From Anthoceros angustus (lineage: Eukaryota > Plantae > Anthocerotophyta): 64,000 bases of DNA. Shown in pieces: positions 36,600 to 51,083 of the stretch (positions are counted from its first letter, which is position 1; the number at the start of each line of letters is the position of its first letter). The position numbers and the translations under genes were made by a program. Under the pieces are notes generated by a model, which saw only the letters and a list, made by a program, of their open reading frames with translations, did no database searches and was not told the origin of the DNA. The stretch is taken from contig MU008193.1 in assembly GCA_010909165.1 (NCBI GenBank), positions 543,127-607,126 on the forward strand, in the 5' to 3' direction.

Positions 36600-39500
36600 C
36601 TACCCTAGTACCCAACCTTTTCCTCTAAGTAGGGTTTCTTTGTGTTGGTTTGTGCGTTGTGGGGGCTCCTAGAGGATTCGAGTTGAGAACAACTTTTTAC
36701 AAGTGATAAGAGAGTTTTTATTGAGGTGAAACAACACCATGAGGAGCCCATCCAAGAGACGACAACCAAAGGGGACCCGGGGGTCGAGGTGGAGAGGAGC
36801 AACTGAGCTCCCTACCTAAAGTCACCTACTGATCCCACAATGTCATATGCAGGAAGAATAAACGGCCTGCAAACCACGGAGGTAAAGGGAGATGCGTCAC
36901 CTACTGTCGACGCCTTGTGGAGGATCGCCGTTGAGAGCGCCCGTTTAAGAGCAATTGAAACCCGTTGTCGGAAGTATGCTATGAAGTACGAGAGGAACAG
37001 CCCCGCACCGTGTCTGCGCGCATGGTAAGCTTTGGCACAAGACTTGACAAATTTGTCAAAGTCCTCAGCCATTGCCCCATATGTTTCTAAAGTGAATTGA
37101 ATAAAGAGGTGGCCCGCTTGCATCCTGCTATATTTGCGGACCTTGAGAGCCGCTGCTCCGGCAGCAGCCCAACCTGGACGGTTAGTGATGACCTGAGCAG
37201 AGATGGTGTCATGTGTAGGATCGGTAACCACCATATCCGCCACCGAAACCTGGTCGCCAAGGACAAGGTACAGGTCAACCCTGATTGAACGACTTGTACG
37301 GAGAGTATACCCCCGCTCTCTCGAGGCCATGTAGCCGCTTTCGCAAGCGATGATGAACATGACATCGCGGATGGCATCGTGAGTGACAATGCGATGACCC
37401 TCGTGGAGACAACGAGCAAGGTGTACCCCAGAATCATCGAGGGCAAAGCCACACTCGCAAGTAAGGAGCGAAGAAGCCACAGATTGGAGCAAGTGAAGAC
37501 GAAATCGCATCGCGATAGTGAAGGTGGTTGGTGCAATGTGAAAACCCCGTATGTATGGGCGGGCTAGTAGCCAAGCACCTGCGCCCTTCCCAAAACAAGA
37601 GTGGAGCCACGCTCTTGTGGACCTGGGGATGGAGGGACCCTGGAGGACAGACTGGAAAGCCTGGCTTAGCTACTTCTCGAGTAGGGATGCCTGCAACCCC
37701 TTGAAACCATCAGTAATAAATGTCGAGAAAGGAGGGAAGTCCTTCCGAGCATCTACTGAAAACATGTCCCGAGCCTGCCTCAAGGACGTTTGGAGAGAGA
37801 AGGTTCCCTCCTCCACACCTAATACGAGATCCTCCAGAAAGGGCCTGTCATGGAGGGTGAAGCAAGAAGCCAAAGCAGGTGCAGAAAGGGCCCAATTGCT
37901 TAGGAAAGCCGTCGGGGAAGAGACCTCTAGCGAGAGCAGACCTGTGCCTCCAAATTCCACAGGCAGGGATGCTTGCCAGCGGGCCACATCGCCCACAAGG
38001 CACTCAAAAGCCCCTTAGCCCAGGATGTCGCCAAGAGTATCCATAATCTTCTTATAAAACCCCCGCAACCAAGACAAAAGGGTCGGGGATGGAGGCAACG
38101 TATGGATGAAGTAACCAAGGTGCCTAGCAAAACAGGAGGAAAGAATTCCAAATTCCACCTGTGCATCCTCCAGCAAAGGGAGGTCCTCGACATGGGAGAG
38201 GTCCTCTGCGAGAGCCTAGTCCAGGAAGCTCCCGATGAAGTCAGGGGAACCGAAGGAGAATCCGCAGTCCCAAGGCCGGAGCAATCTCCCTAGCAAGAAA
38301 CTGCAAAATAGGCACAATCCTCACGGAGATCGGGACGCAAGACTTGACAAATTTGTCAAAGTCCTCCCATTGCCCCATATGTTTCTAGTGCAAGCGAATA
38401 AAGAGGTGGCCCGCTTGCATCCGCCATATTTATGGACCTTGAGAGCACCGCCCGGCAGCCCAACTCGGACGCTAGTGATGACCGAGTGAGATGGTGTCAT
38501 GTAGGATCGGTAACCACCACATCCGCCATCAAACCTCGGTCGCCAAGGACAAGGTACAGTCAACCCCGATTGAACGACTTGTACGGAGAGTATACCCCGC
38601 CTCCTCGAGGCCATGTAGCCGATGATGAACATGACATCGCTGGATGGCATCGTGAGTGGCAATGCGATGACCTCGTGGAGACAACGAGCAAGGTGTACCC
38701 TGTAATCATCGAGGGCAGCCGCACTGCAAGTAAGGAGCGAAGAAGCCACAGATTGGAGCAAGTGAAGACAAATCGCATCGAGAAGTGAAGGTGGTTGGTG
38801 CAATGTGAAAACCCCTGCGGGCGGGCTAGTAGCCAAGCACCGCGCCTTCCCAAAACAAGAGTGGAGCCACGCCTTGTGGACTGGGATGGAGGGGTCCCGG
38901 AGGGCGATCGAAAGCCGCCGCCGAGTAGGGATGCTCGCAACCCTTGAAACCATCAAGAATAAATGTCGAGAAAGGAGGGAAGTCCTTCCGAGCATCCATC
39001 GATAACATGTCCCTAGCTTGCCTCAAGGACGCTTTGGAGAGAAGGTTCCTCCTCCACACTGATACGAGATCCTCCGTAAAGGGCCTGCCATGGAGGATGA
39101 AGAGAAGCCAAAGCAAGAAGGGCCCAATTGCTTAGGAAAGCCGGGAAGAGACCTCTAGCGAGAGCGACACTGCCTCCAAATTGCATGTAGGACGCGCGGC
39201 CGACGCCCACAAGGCACTCAAAAGCCCCGAGCCTGTGATGTCCCCAAGAGTATCCATAATCTTCCCATCAAACCGCCAAGACAAAAAGGGTCGGGATGGA
39301 GGCAACGATGGATGAAGGTAACCAAGGTGCCTAGCAAAACAGAGGAAAGAATTCCAAAGGCCACCTGTGCATCCTCCAAAGAAAGGGAGGTCCTCGACAT
39401 GGGAGAGGTCATGAGAGCCTAGTCCAGAAGCTCCCGATGAAGCTGGGAACCAAGGAGAACTGCATCCCAGGCCGAGCAATCTCCTAGCAAGAAATCGCAA

Positions 39501-40500
39501 AAGTAGGTAGAATCTCGGGAGATACGCAGACTTGGACTTTTGACCTTCAAGCCCACCAAAGAAAGCTCATGAGAAAAGAGCTCAAAGGCCTCCTTGACTT
39601 TGTCCCCAGCTCGAGGATGTGAGAATTGTCTGCCAGCGAAGGGATGACACAGTCGCGCGTTGAGAAAGCGACCCTGGATAAGGCCCTATAATGAGCAATG
39701 GCGAAGAGAGCACCGCCCAGGAGGTCGCCTTGCCTGGTACTAGTGGCTGATTCCAAGACAGAGACAACAAATCCTAAAGAGACGTTCTTGTGTTGGTAGT
39801 AGAGGTTGGAGGACGTCCCGTAGAAGCACCGGACAAAAGGTATAAGGCACCCCAGGACGCCGCCAGCATCCCTAAGCTCCTCAAAGATGTCGCTGCTAGA
39901 AATGCTATTGAATGCGTTCTCGACATCCACTTGTAAGACCACCCACTCCGGGTGGGTATCAAGGCATGCCTTCATTACAAGCACTATAGACTCGCAGCCC
40001 CCCAAAGTGGCAATGCCAAATTAAAGGGGGTTGAGGGTGCTGGAGAAGGGAGCAAGACAGAAGGCGGCCGAGTAGCCGCATGAAGGCTTCCCAACCGCGA
40101 GTGGGCGACGCCTGAAGTCAGCTTGTCCATAGCGACAAGCCTCGCTAGCCGCAAGAACATGGGAACCGTGAGGCCTCACCTCGAGCTACCGCAGGCTGCA
40201 GAAAAGAGCTTTGGGAAGCCACTAGATGGATCTTTGGGGAGAAAAAGGTCCCTGAGGTATTCAAACACCATTCCTGCCAACCCGCGATGAAAGACGTGGG
40301 GTCGAGAGTGCGAGAGCAAAAGCCTGATCCAGTGGAGAAGGGATCCTCCGGGACATAGTCGGATACCATCCTTGGGTGCTGGATGGAGGGCATGGAGGGC
40401 AGCAATGGTCTCTCGTAAGGGGCTGGGAGGGGTCAAGGGCCTGCACTTTACAAGCCGGCTTCTCTTTAAGGACCCTTACGAACTCTCGATTCTGTTGCAT
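36600..40500 (-). mobile_element. CRE-like non-LTR retrotransposon (RT + CCHC + restriction-like endonuclease), 5'-truncated, with a duplicated 3' segment
   Basis: LQVDVENAFNSI, TRQGDLLGGALF, SLADN (RT); CECG...DDSGVHLARC...HDAIRD, RVDL...ADMVVTDP, KVRKY (zinc finger + REL). Confidence 0.8.
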
Positions 40501-41478
40501 AGAAGTCGGTTCAATTTAGTAGTTTAGTTCATCCAATCGTGTGCCAAGTGGACAGCCTAGTTTCGATTTGAACAATCCAATTTGAAAACTGGCCACTGTG
40601 CTTTCTCGAACAGGCGCAGAAAATTGATCTAACAAAAAATTACGAATAATGAAACAGGTGTTAATAATTGGTAAAAATAAAATGTACAAAATATATTTTT
40701 TCACCTGAATTTGTTTCAATTGTGGGTAATCCGCCGCGGTTCACTTCCGACTCTGAAATAGGAGAAACAATTATAATTGGCAGCCAATCATTATTTGCTA
40801 CGTAGCGCATTGTGCTTGGTGTTTTTTCGATACTGACGTGGCCTGGAACTCAACCGAACTGGCCTTATTAGGGCTGTCAGGACTGAACCGAACTGGCCTT
40901 ATTAGGGCTGTCAGGATTCGAGTTGAGAACAGCTTCAAAATCGAGTTTTGTACTTTTAGGGCTGGCAGGATTCGAGTTCAGATCGGGTTCCTTCTTCAAG
41001 GTGGTGACGAATGTCTCGGCTTGTACAGGGGTATCACTCATCGGTCACGACGCTCTTGGCTCTATGAGCCTGTCACAGGTGACATCGTCGCCTGCTTGCT
41101 TTCCTGCTGGACGCTCGCAGTGGCCAAACGCAGAAAATTTTAAACCTCGCGAAGCTGCAACTCGGGGCCCCATTTGCTCAGCCCAATATTGACAACCCTT
41201 CTGTAACCTCGCCAAATGCCACTTCCCTCCTCCACTCTTCCTCCCACCGAAAGTATAACCAGCTTGGAACTCACCAGGACGGCCGAACGGGCTCAGTAAG
41301 TACGAACCGATCCTTTAAGCGTATAAGAGTCCATCGGCCCACCCTAAGGGAAATCTAAATCTCTGACATCGCCGGGGATTCAGAGCTCGAAGTGGGCTAG
41401 AGTTTTGCGATACTTTGAGCGAGTCAGTCGGCTCAGTTTGCATAATTTAGCCAAATCTGTAGAGCGTGTTGTGCCGGT

Positions 41479-43955
41479 ATGATGGACTGGGTCACGTGGG
41501 TAGGTGTTCTCTTCACCTCTGCCACCGCAGTCGTTGTCCTGGCGATATTCAATCTTCGGCGGCAGCAGCATTTGGTCAAGCAGCAGCATACAAGAGGTCA
41601 GTCCGAGGAACAGCAACCTACTTCTGCATCTCTCCCTGCCAAAAAGGCAGCCTCCCACGTCAAGCACAGATCTTTTGCCGCTGAAAAGGTTGGTTTTCCA
41701 TTGCAAGTCACCATGGCAAGGTTCGCCGCTGACTGTCGGGTTTGAATTTTAGCAGCAGTCTACTCTGTTTGCACAGCACTCGTTCCCCTCTGTACGGGAG
41801 GTGGGAGATAGGGATGCAGATCTGATCCGGATGCGCTTGCCGACCTAATTGGCTTGCTGACGTATGATGCCGTTGCACATTAAGCAGAACCTTCACAAGC
41901 TTCATGAACTGGAGCTCAACACACTGAAGGGCCACTCTGACGCTGTTACAGGCTTAAGCTTTTCATCAAATGGACGAAGTTTGGCCACAGGTATGCCCAC
42001 TCCTTCCTGCTTTCGTCAAGTCCTGCATGTGCTCCAGCATCTATCTCTTTTGCACAGGTGCGCTTATTCCCGCTTGTATTTACTGTTCGACAAGTTCCAG
42101 ATAAATGCTGTGCACTGGACCAACACCGCTTTTCCGTGGTCACGGCCTGAACCGTCATTCCATGGATTTTCCGTCTTGTGTGTTAACAGCATGTGGAGAT
42201 GGAGTTGTGCGGGTCGTCAAGCTTGAAGATGCCTCGAGTAAGAATCTCAAGTATGCCGATGTTTCCCTTGCACAATCCCCAGTTCTTGCTGAAACGACTC
42301 AAGGACATGAGTGAATTACTGGTCTGGATGGAAGGGTTGTCGACGTGGTTCCTGATGTATGTCACATGCAGGGTCATGCGCATCAACATTCCCAGTGGTC
42401 GCACACCCACTGATGTGGTTTTTGGAGATGATGGATCAAAGCTTGTTGTAGCCGCCCAGAGTATATCTGGAGCTGAACTGCTTATGTATGGATCTATCAA
42501 CGGCCAGGGAGCAGATGTGGCAAAACAGCAGGGCAAGCTGGCACCTCCAGAGATCAAGTGGGAGAGCAAAAATGTGCATGACACAAAGAATATTCTTACG
42601 TTGGTCAATGCTACAGCTACCTATGGAACCGGTGATGGGAGCATGATTGTGGCGTCATGTTCTGAGGGTACTTCTTGCTGTAACTTCTGCCAATCCTTCA
42701 ATCAGTTCAACGTCCTGTATCTCATGTTTGTTAGTTCTACAGGGACAGACATCAAGCTCTGGTTGGCAAAAAGTGGCAAGTTTCTTGGGGCTGTAGACAC
42801 AAACCAGCTCAAGAATACCATGGCAGCCTTGTCACCAGATGGCCGTTTCTTGTCTGCTGCAGCGTTCACTGCTGATGTTAAGGTGAGGAAACTGTGTATT
42901 TTTTGGATCACAATCCATACGTGTATTTTGAACCTCGCCTGTCATTCTTTAGATTTTCTAGCAATGCAAGCGACCTCTTCAAACATGGTTGTCTTGAGGC
43001 AGATCTGGGAAATTGTTTATGGGAAGGACGGACAAGTTCGGGAATTGGTGAAAGTGATGCAACTGAAGGGGCATAAGGTACGTTTGGACTGCTTGTAGCT
43101 AGAGGAAATGTTGGTCGCTGCTGAGGGAGTCTTCGTCATTGAGATCTGTCGAACAATTTTCTTTTGTTTTTTAATGAGCTTTTTATGGATGCAGAGCGCC
43201 GTCACATGGCTCTGCTTCACCTGGGACTCCCAACAAATCATCACAGCATCGAAGGATGGCTCAATTAGGATCTGGAACGTGAATGGTGAGAGAAACTAAT
43301 GATGGTGCTGTGGTTGGTGGCAGTTTGTGGACCTTAAGAGATTCGGTCTGCATCTTTACCATCGACATGCTGGAATTCTGATCGTTGAATGCATGTGAAG
43401 TTCGTTATCACTTGCAGGAAGATCCAAAATGCTTGAAAGTGTTTTCTATCCCTTTACTGAATGAAAAGGGCGCACCAACACACTATGACAGGCTGGCAGT
43501 GTCGCCAGACAACAAAATTCTTGCTGTAACCAAGGGCTCAGCTATTCAATGGTTGAGTGCAGAGACAGGCGCAGTGTTGGACACTGCTCACGGTGCTCAT
43601 GATGGTAAGGGCTCTCGTTCATCCTCAGGTGCACTAGCTAGTCAGTTGCCACAAGCACTGTCCGCGTGATTTTTCTCAAAAGTGCAGGACTCGTGCGTTT
43701 GCAAAAATTGATGATACGATGGTGGTGCAGGAGAAATAACTGCATTAGCGTGGGCTCCTCAGCTTGTTCCTACAGGTAAACACCAACCTCCGATGGTCCC
43801 TTGTTATGCTTTTCTCTCCTGTACATATTATTGCCTACGGCGGCTGTCCTGCCAGCTGCTGAAAAGCATGTCGTGCAGAACGTGGAAGGGCTACAATTTT
43901 GGCCACGGCAAGTAGCGATAAGAAAGTGAGGCTGTGGTATCCTCCAGGCCTGTAA
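41479..43955 (+). CDS. TBL2: Transducin beta-like protein 2 (WD40) homolog, 10 exons (41479-41688, about 41885-41990, 42190-42250, 42372-42667, 42743-42882, 43003-43077, 43195-43285, 43401-43604, 43731-43775, 43879-43955)
   Basis: N-terminal TM segment; LNTLKGHSDAVTGLSFSSNGRSLAT, DTNQLKNTMAALSPDGRF, MQLKGHKSAVTWLCF, ILATASSDKKVRLW; GT-AG sites keep the frame. Confidence 0.92.
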
Positions 43956-44888
43956 ATGATGGTGCAGCAACTTTGGAAGGGCAAATCTAGTCTTAATGCG
44001 GTCAGGCATTGTATGATGACTAATCAAACCTCTGAAGCAAGTGGAGAAAGGCCTGCTCACACCTCACTGCATGGCAATGACTCCTGAATCGGCACGTCCG
44101 TGCCCAAGTCCGCTAAGCATGCGCAGTGCGCAGTGCTGGAAATGGAGTTACATGTTCTCAGATTTCCTGGGTAGATCAGCAGTTGATCAGCTTGAGAACC
44201 TTGTGGTTGTCGGTGGATGCGAACCTCATCTGGTTCGCTTATGTGTCCTCTCGCCCCTAGCCGATCGTATACCAGATCATACAATTTTCCGAATCATACT
44301 AAAGCAGCACCTAGTTCGGGATTATAACATCAGGACTACCTAATCCCTCTGCAGAAGTAGGGGAAGGTTCCAAGGCATGCAAGTGACAAGTGGTTGGCTT
44401 GAGCTCGTCCATTACAGCTAGGTGGTGTAGCCGACTGATGGACCGCTAGCCTCCTCCTGTACGGGAGGCGGTGCCAATGACTTATACGGTTGCCACGCGT
44501 GGCACATACCATCTTAACAAAAGGCTTGGAGCCGGTACCTCTCCCGTTGGGAAGATCCTAGGAATCACGCGCACTCGCACGAGCAACACTCCCGGCTGAC
44601 AGCATCTGGTGCGCGGTGCGCCTTCTCAATTCTTTCATTTATCCTCAGTCTCGCTGCTTCAGAGCTGATTGGTGACAAAGCGGGGTGGATTTTGTGCCCG
44701 AATTAGGCGTGCAGGGGGAGAGGGAGAGCTACATACCGAGTATGGCCCGACCCGACCCGACCGACTCCGACGGCCGTGTTGCTCGAGTCCGCAACTCCGA
44801 TAAGGGCGGAATGCATTCCACCTGTGAGGAACTTGCTTGGGCGTTTGGCCGGTTTTGAGCCCGGAAGCGAAAGCAAATTTCGGGGGCC

Positions 44889-47171
44889 ATGGCTGTGTCC
44901 TGCGGTGCCAGGAGTCCAGCGAATGTGGAGAATTTTGGTGGCTCACTCCGCCACCCCCACCCCCACCCCGCGCTGGCTTCTTGCAGCAGACTTGTGTCCG
45001 CGTCCAAGGACTGGCCTCCAGTTACCCGCTCTTTCTCCCTGCGACTGAGCTGTCCGCAGTTTGCTGCCTCGAGGTTGGAGGGAGATGCAGAGCGAAGGAG
45101 GGATTTCCGAATTGTTGCCGGCAAGGGAGAGTCTGGCTCTGGCTCTGGCTCTGCGACAGAGACGCGGGGCGCTGGAGATGGGTCGTATCTTAGCATGTGG
45201 CGGCGAGCCAGGGAACGACAGGAGCAGGAGAGGCTGACCAAGAAGACTGCGGAATCTGGAGACACAGCAGCTGAGAAGGAGGCATTTTCGGAGCATGACA
45301 TCCAACGGGCAGCGCAATTGCGCAGGGAGAAACAGTTCGAGAGCATCCTGCAAGTGCCGGCAGAGGAAAGGGACAAGGTTCAGCGGCGGCAAGTAGTGGA
45401 TAGAGCAGCCGCAGCTTTGGCTGCCGCTCAGGCTCTGCTTGCTGATTTGCCCCCCATTCCCTCACCTAATCCTAATCCTAATCCTAATCCTAATCCTAAT
45501 CCCACCTTCCCCTCCGCTGCTTCTGCCCCTCCATCACCCTCTGCTGCGGTTTCATCTTCGGCTTCCAATTGGCTACCCGTTTCCTCTGTGGAAGTGCGAG
45601 GCTCACCGTTACAACAGCTTGGCAAATCAGGGGCGTCAGGTTTGTGGCTCATCACTTTTTTTCTTTTGTGCCATCTACATCATGCATGTGCAACTGGTTT
45701 GTGTGTGGAGCACTGAGCAGGGAGTGTTGATGTTGCGTCTTCAGGAAGTCCGAGTGCTGCTTCTCCAACTCTGGGTTTGAAGGCTACCCCTGGCCCGGAC
45801 TTTTGGGCATGGACACCTCCTCCACTGGAGAACGGGTCTGCCCCCGGAAGTCTGGCTCCTCACCGACAACGGGCTGATCCTCCTTCAAGGCCGATGCCAT
45901 CTCTTGTGGAGAAGGATCGGAGCTTCGAGAGCCTGCCCCTGAGTTTCGAGAGCGACTCCGATGGAGAGAGAGGCGATTTGGCATTCAGCTTTTCAAGCAG
46001 GTTGATGCCATCTCTGCCTCCTCTGCAATCTCTGATACAAGTTGAGAAGCAAACCGAGGCGCAAGCACTCCGTACTGAACTTGACATCAGAGTCCCAGAG
46101 ATAGAGTTTCAGGAAGCAGCCCTGTTTGCGACTCAAGAGCTGCAGAGTGCGAATGGTGAGAGCCAGGGTGTGAAGGCAGATGGCTCCCGATGGTGGAAGG
46201 AGACAGGGGTAGAAGAAAGAGAGGATGGTATTGTGTGTCACTGGACGGTGATCAGAGGAGTGAGTGCTGACGGGTCTGTGGAGTGGGAAGAGAAATTCTG
46301 GGAAGCCTACGATGACTTTGACTACAATGAGCTTGGGGCAGAGAAGTCGGGCCGTGATGCAACAGGTGGTGTTTGGCGTGAATCCTGGAAGGAAAGCATG
46401 TGGCAGGTACGGAGTTTCACTAGTGAAGTCTTGTGGTTTTTGTGTGCAAGCCGAGAAGACTGAAAAACACATGCGGACAACATGGGATATGATGCTTGCG
46501 CAGGATGCCTTGAGCGGTATGCCCCACATGGAGAAGAGCGCAGACAAATGGGCCAAGAATGGGCAGGGAGGGCAGTGGCATGAAAAGTGGTGGGAACACT
46601 ACGATGCCGCCGGGAAGGCAGAGAAGTGGGCCGACAAGTGGAGTCAGATCGATCCTACCACCCCGTTGGAGCCGGGTCATGCTCACATGTGGCATGAAAG
46701 GTGAGTGAATTGCTTGCGCTCCCTGTTTTAGTTTTGCTTTGTTTTCAAGTTTGTGACGGTGTGCAGCGTGCTTGTTGCAGGTGGGGTGAGAAGTATGATG
46801 GGCAGGGATCGTGCATGAAGTACACGGATAAGTGGGCAGAGCGAGCAGAGTATGGGGGAGGGTGGACCAAGTGGGGGGATAAATGGGACGAGCACTTCGA
46901 CAAGCACAGCAAGGGGGTGAAGCAGGGCGAGACATGGTGGGAAGGGCAGAGCGGTGAGCGCTGGAACAGAACATGGGGGGAAGGCCACAACGGATCGGGC
47001 TGGGTGCACAAGTACGGAATGAGCAGCAGCGGCGAACACTGGGACACCCATGAGCAGCAGGATACGTGGTATGAGAAGAAGCCGCATTATGGTTTCAAGG
47101 AATGTTACGACTCTTCCAGGGAACTGCGGATGGTGGGCCACAACAAAAGGAAGACCGATCAAGATTTATAG
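44889..47171 (+). CDS. LESV: LIKE EARLY STARVATION (ESV1/LESV family) starch-granule protein, 4 exons (44889-45639, 45745-46406, 46504-46700, 46781-47171)
   Basis: Transit-peptide-like N-terminus, GSYLSMWRRA, PGPDFWAWTPP, Trp-rich C-domain (WWKETGVE, EKSADKW, WHEKWWEHYD, WGEKYDG, WGDKWDE). Confidence 0.88.
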
Positions 47172-48323
47172 CCGATCGCAATTGGAGGGCCTAGGGGGAG
47201 GAGTTAATCTGGGTTAGGTAGCTCAACTGTACATACCAGCATCAACTTCCGGCATAATACACTTGTGATGTAGACTCGAGCACAATAGGTAACTTACAAC
47301 TAGTCTATATATGATGTATTTTCTTAAGGTAATATAAGCTACTTACGATAGTATGCCACAGGAGCCACCGACTTTGGCATACCCTAATGGCGAATATTAA
47401 TTATTTTGAAAAACAAATTCAACTTGTATGAGTTTGTAATTTTAATTTTTTTAATATATAATTATTTTTATATTCGATAATATATTACATAGATAGAATA
47501 ATTCTCTTCCTATATAATTTTATAATACCTTACAAATCATAAATAAATAAATAGAAAAGACCATGAAAAAATATTATGATTATAACAAGGCTCCACATTT
47601 CCTCTAGAGTAAGAAAACAAGGCTAACCCATGCCCCTACCGGAATACTGCTGCTGGAAACTACAATGGAAACCCAGGGATGATGTTGTTGCTGTTGCATC
47701 TTATCCCGCCTCTCCCACTCTGGCAGCCCGATCTATAGCAAAGCCTACAAATCTTTGTAGCGATGCCACCATCGCAATGTCACCGTTGAACCTCTCTGCA
47801 GCAGCTACTACAGATCTCTATAGCAGCTGCTTTGCGTGCTGCAGATCTTTGTGCAGCGCTATAGCAACACAGAGAGCGGATCCCTCAAAGGATTGAATCC
47901 AATCCCAGTGTGCGACCGGGAGATTGGATCCCCACGGAGGTGTGCACTCTCCCCCTCCTCGTAGTGAGATATGCTCTCTCATGCTCCTCGCGACCAAGGT
48001 GTGTGCACACCAGCATGTTTTCGGCACTTACCATTTTGCATTTTTTTAGTTTTCGACCACTCATTTCAATATTATTTTAAAAAATTGCTATTGTTAATTA
48101 ACTGTCATAAAAAACCGTTGGCTCCTACTAGTATACCAGTACCTAGTCTAGGTAGATTTTGAGGATTTAGTTGTCACTTTAAATTGAAATTTCAGGCTTC
48201 ATACTTCAAATTCAAAATTTAACTAGATGATTATCTTTAATAAAAATATTAGGTGATGAGATTGAGTAATTATCGTACTTAGATACCAAGCTAGGTAGTA
48301 GGTATACAAACTTTGCTCACCAC

Positions 48324-48668
48324 ATGGAAAAATGTAATACATCAGCAAGTACCACGATTGATGGTAACAAGTTTCTAGAATTGCCGTATGATATACAAGA
48401 GCTGATCTTGTTGAAAGTGATCGAGAGTGCATGGGACTTGAAGTTTATTGTTGGGATCAGAACACTTCATATTCATGTTCATCCTACGTGGAATAACATT
48501 ACTAGCATACAAAACATTCCTTCTATGGATCGCAAAATTATTGATATTATGTTATTGATTCCTTATATGGTGGAATATATTCTTATATCAATCAACAAAT
48601 CACATAGCAATCCTACAACATTGTTGATTAGGGCAAAAAAAATTTATCCTCTACTGTTTTCAAGATAA
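48324..48668 (+). pseudogene. AT-rich ORF with an F-box-like start
   Basis: FLELPYDIQELILLKV resembles the F-box consensus; the remainder is unrecognisable. Confidence 0.3.
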
Positions 48669-51070
48669 CAACATCAAGAAGATAAACAAACAAACACAAC
48701 GAGAATTAAACAAACAAAGAAGAAAAGTCGGTATTATCAATCACATTGTATTGAATCTTTACTTCCAAAAATAAATATACTACACCAAAGATGGAAAAGA
48801 GAAACAAACAAACAAGCAACAGGAGGAAGTTGTAGATAAAACATTTGAGAAATAACCTTTATCCTCTAGTTATCATGTATTAATTTTTTTTATATTTATA
48901 TACTGCAATGATATGCAGTTTTTCTTAATGTTCAAACCAACATCTCATCAAATTATTTTTAAAATAATTAATTTGAATGTAGATTTACTAGGTTGCTACT
49001 AAGTACAACATTAACTTTTTTAGTCCTTTTATTTGTGAAATTTGAGACAAGGAGCTTTGTATTGTAAATGCGTTGTACAATGAAACTCATCCACTACACC
49101 CTTTGATACTCTTCCTATCCTTTCCTTAGCGTATGGTGCAATAATTCAAATGGTGAAGTTTTACACACAATTTTATTCCACTTCCGAAGTGAATATCATG
49201 TTCACAATAAAATTTACTCTACAAGCTACTTCATGCTTAGGGCACACAATCCAAATATTTTCTATTATCTGTATATTTTCATATATGTCATAGCCTGCTC
49301 TCGGACTGGATTGTGGACTGGATTGTGCACTTTAGATAATTATTTATTTATTAAATATATAAAATAGTTTAAAACTATATCTTTAAGATTTTAATTATAA
49401 GCTTCCTAGTTTTAAGTATGGCATACCAAAGAGGATGAGGGGATGTGGCTTTTTTCACGCCAAGAAAACTTTTGTTCACACCACACGCGCTTTGGTGTCC
49501 GGCTTTGGTAACCCGACCGAAATGGTAGCCCAAAGTGGACGACCAAAGCGCCACTGCCACCGCACAAAAGGGAATTTATTTTTTTTCACCCCACTCATTG
49601 TGTTTTTTTCGGCCTCTTCCATTTTAGGTGCGCCTGTGTGGCTTAGGGTTAGGCAAGCCACCGCCTGCTTTTAGGTTCATCTCTTAGAGGGTGGGCAGGT
49701 GGGGGCAGGAACACCGCTTGGCCCACATGGATGACAAGATGCCACCGCCGGGCGAGTACGGCGAGGCACACTGGGCGGGTGAAGGAGGGGAATTGAGGCA
49801 ATGCAGCCGTCAGGCTCGCCACACCATGCCGGGTGAGGTTTGGCAAATGTGATTGGTGCGCAAGGCAAGAAAAGTGGTTAGTGGTGGCATGGGATAGCAT
49901 CAAGAAAACTTAATCGCAGAGGAAGTGTGGAAACTTGAAAACATAGTGTCCTGCTCTTTGTTTTCAAAGTTGGAAGGACACAAAAATTTGAAGCCAAACT
50001 TAGGGTTTCAAGGAGGAAAAGTGTGTGTCCCTTTGTGTCGTCGCTTTGGTTAAGGCGCCAAAGCGGCATAACACCATGTGCTGTGAGAAAACAACTGCAT
50101 CGAATCTAGGGTATATTCTCAGATGCATATGCCTCAAGTGCCATGAGAAAAATGCCCCATCCCACTGGCCTCTCTTTGGTATGCCATATTTAAGATCATA
50201 GTTCGAATTTATTAGTTTCTTAAAGGTAAATCTAATATACCTTTTCAAGATAGAATTGGTAGTATTAGGTAATACATGTCCTTCATATGTGTTCTCAAAA
50301 ATTAATATTTTATATAATCTATTTTATATATATTAATTTTTTTATGGAGCTTTGGTGAAGGACTTCGACAAATTTATTAAGTCCTCTGTTAAGGCATATC
50401 ACTCTAGGGGGGTAACGTGAAGACTTTATGTAAAAAGGAGATGGAAAACCTATGTACCCCGAGAAGAAGGAAACAACCTTTCGGAGGGCACTAGTTCCTG
50501 CAATCACCCATCTTGAAACTAAGTACTGCTCGAAGAATGTCGTGGTCTGAGATAAGAAAGAGCCGGGATATCACTCAAGTAGGCATAGAAGAGGGCTACC
50601 TTTATCCTACATTTGTGACTTTGGGATAAGTAGCTTTAGGTATGGTTGCTGCTCTTCCTGCTCTCACCCTCCGGATTCCTTCCACATTTTCTCATGGAAT
50701 AAGGGTTTGCAAAAGAAACCGTGCATGGAGTAAGTGCCACATGTCACAGCCGTGACCCGAGCACAGTCATGGATGAGAACAAGCGGACCGATTCAAATCT
50801 AAAACCTAAGTCTGAATGCATACTAGGTTATTCTAATATCTCCTATTCCCGCAATTTAGAAATAGGCTTACGTAATTGTAATTAGTTGTAATTGTAATCA
50901 TAGTAAACTAGGTAGCCCAGGTGAAACCCAGTTAGAAGGCAGTGGTTAGACTCAGCCTTCTTGGCCTGCAACCCCTCGTGTACAAGACGAGTCATGGAAA
51001 TGAGAAAATCAGCGACTCTTTTGCGCTCAACGTCTACATCTCGCAGGTAGCAAATCCGAGTTGTAGCATC

Positions 51071-51083
51071 TGGTATCAAAGCC
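51071..51083 (+). promoter_or_regulatory. Primer-binding site, tRNA-iMet type
   Basis: tggtatcaaagcc 2 nt after a CA end. Confidence 0.75.

Noticed and set aside
43770-44343. ORFs after TBL2 as an extra gene or exon
   Set aside because: TBL2 ends cleanly at 43955 (KKVRLWYPPGL*); the remaining frames look like 3' UTR or intergenic noise.
47630-48162. Short ORFs downstream of LESV
   Set aside because: No recognisable motif or splice-supported model.
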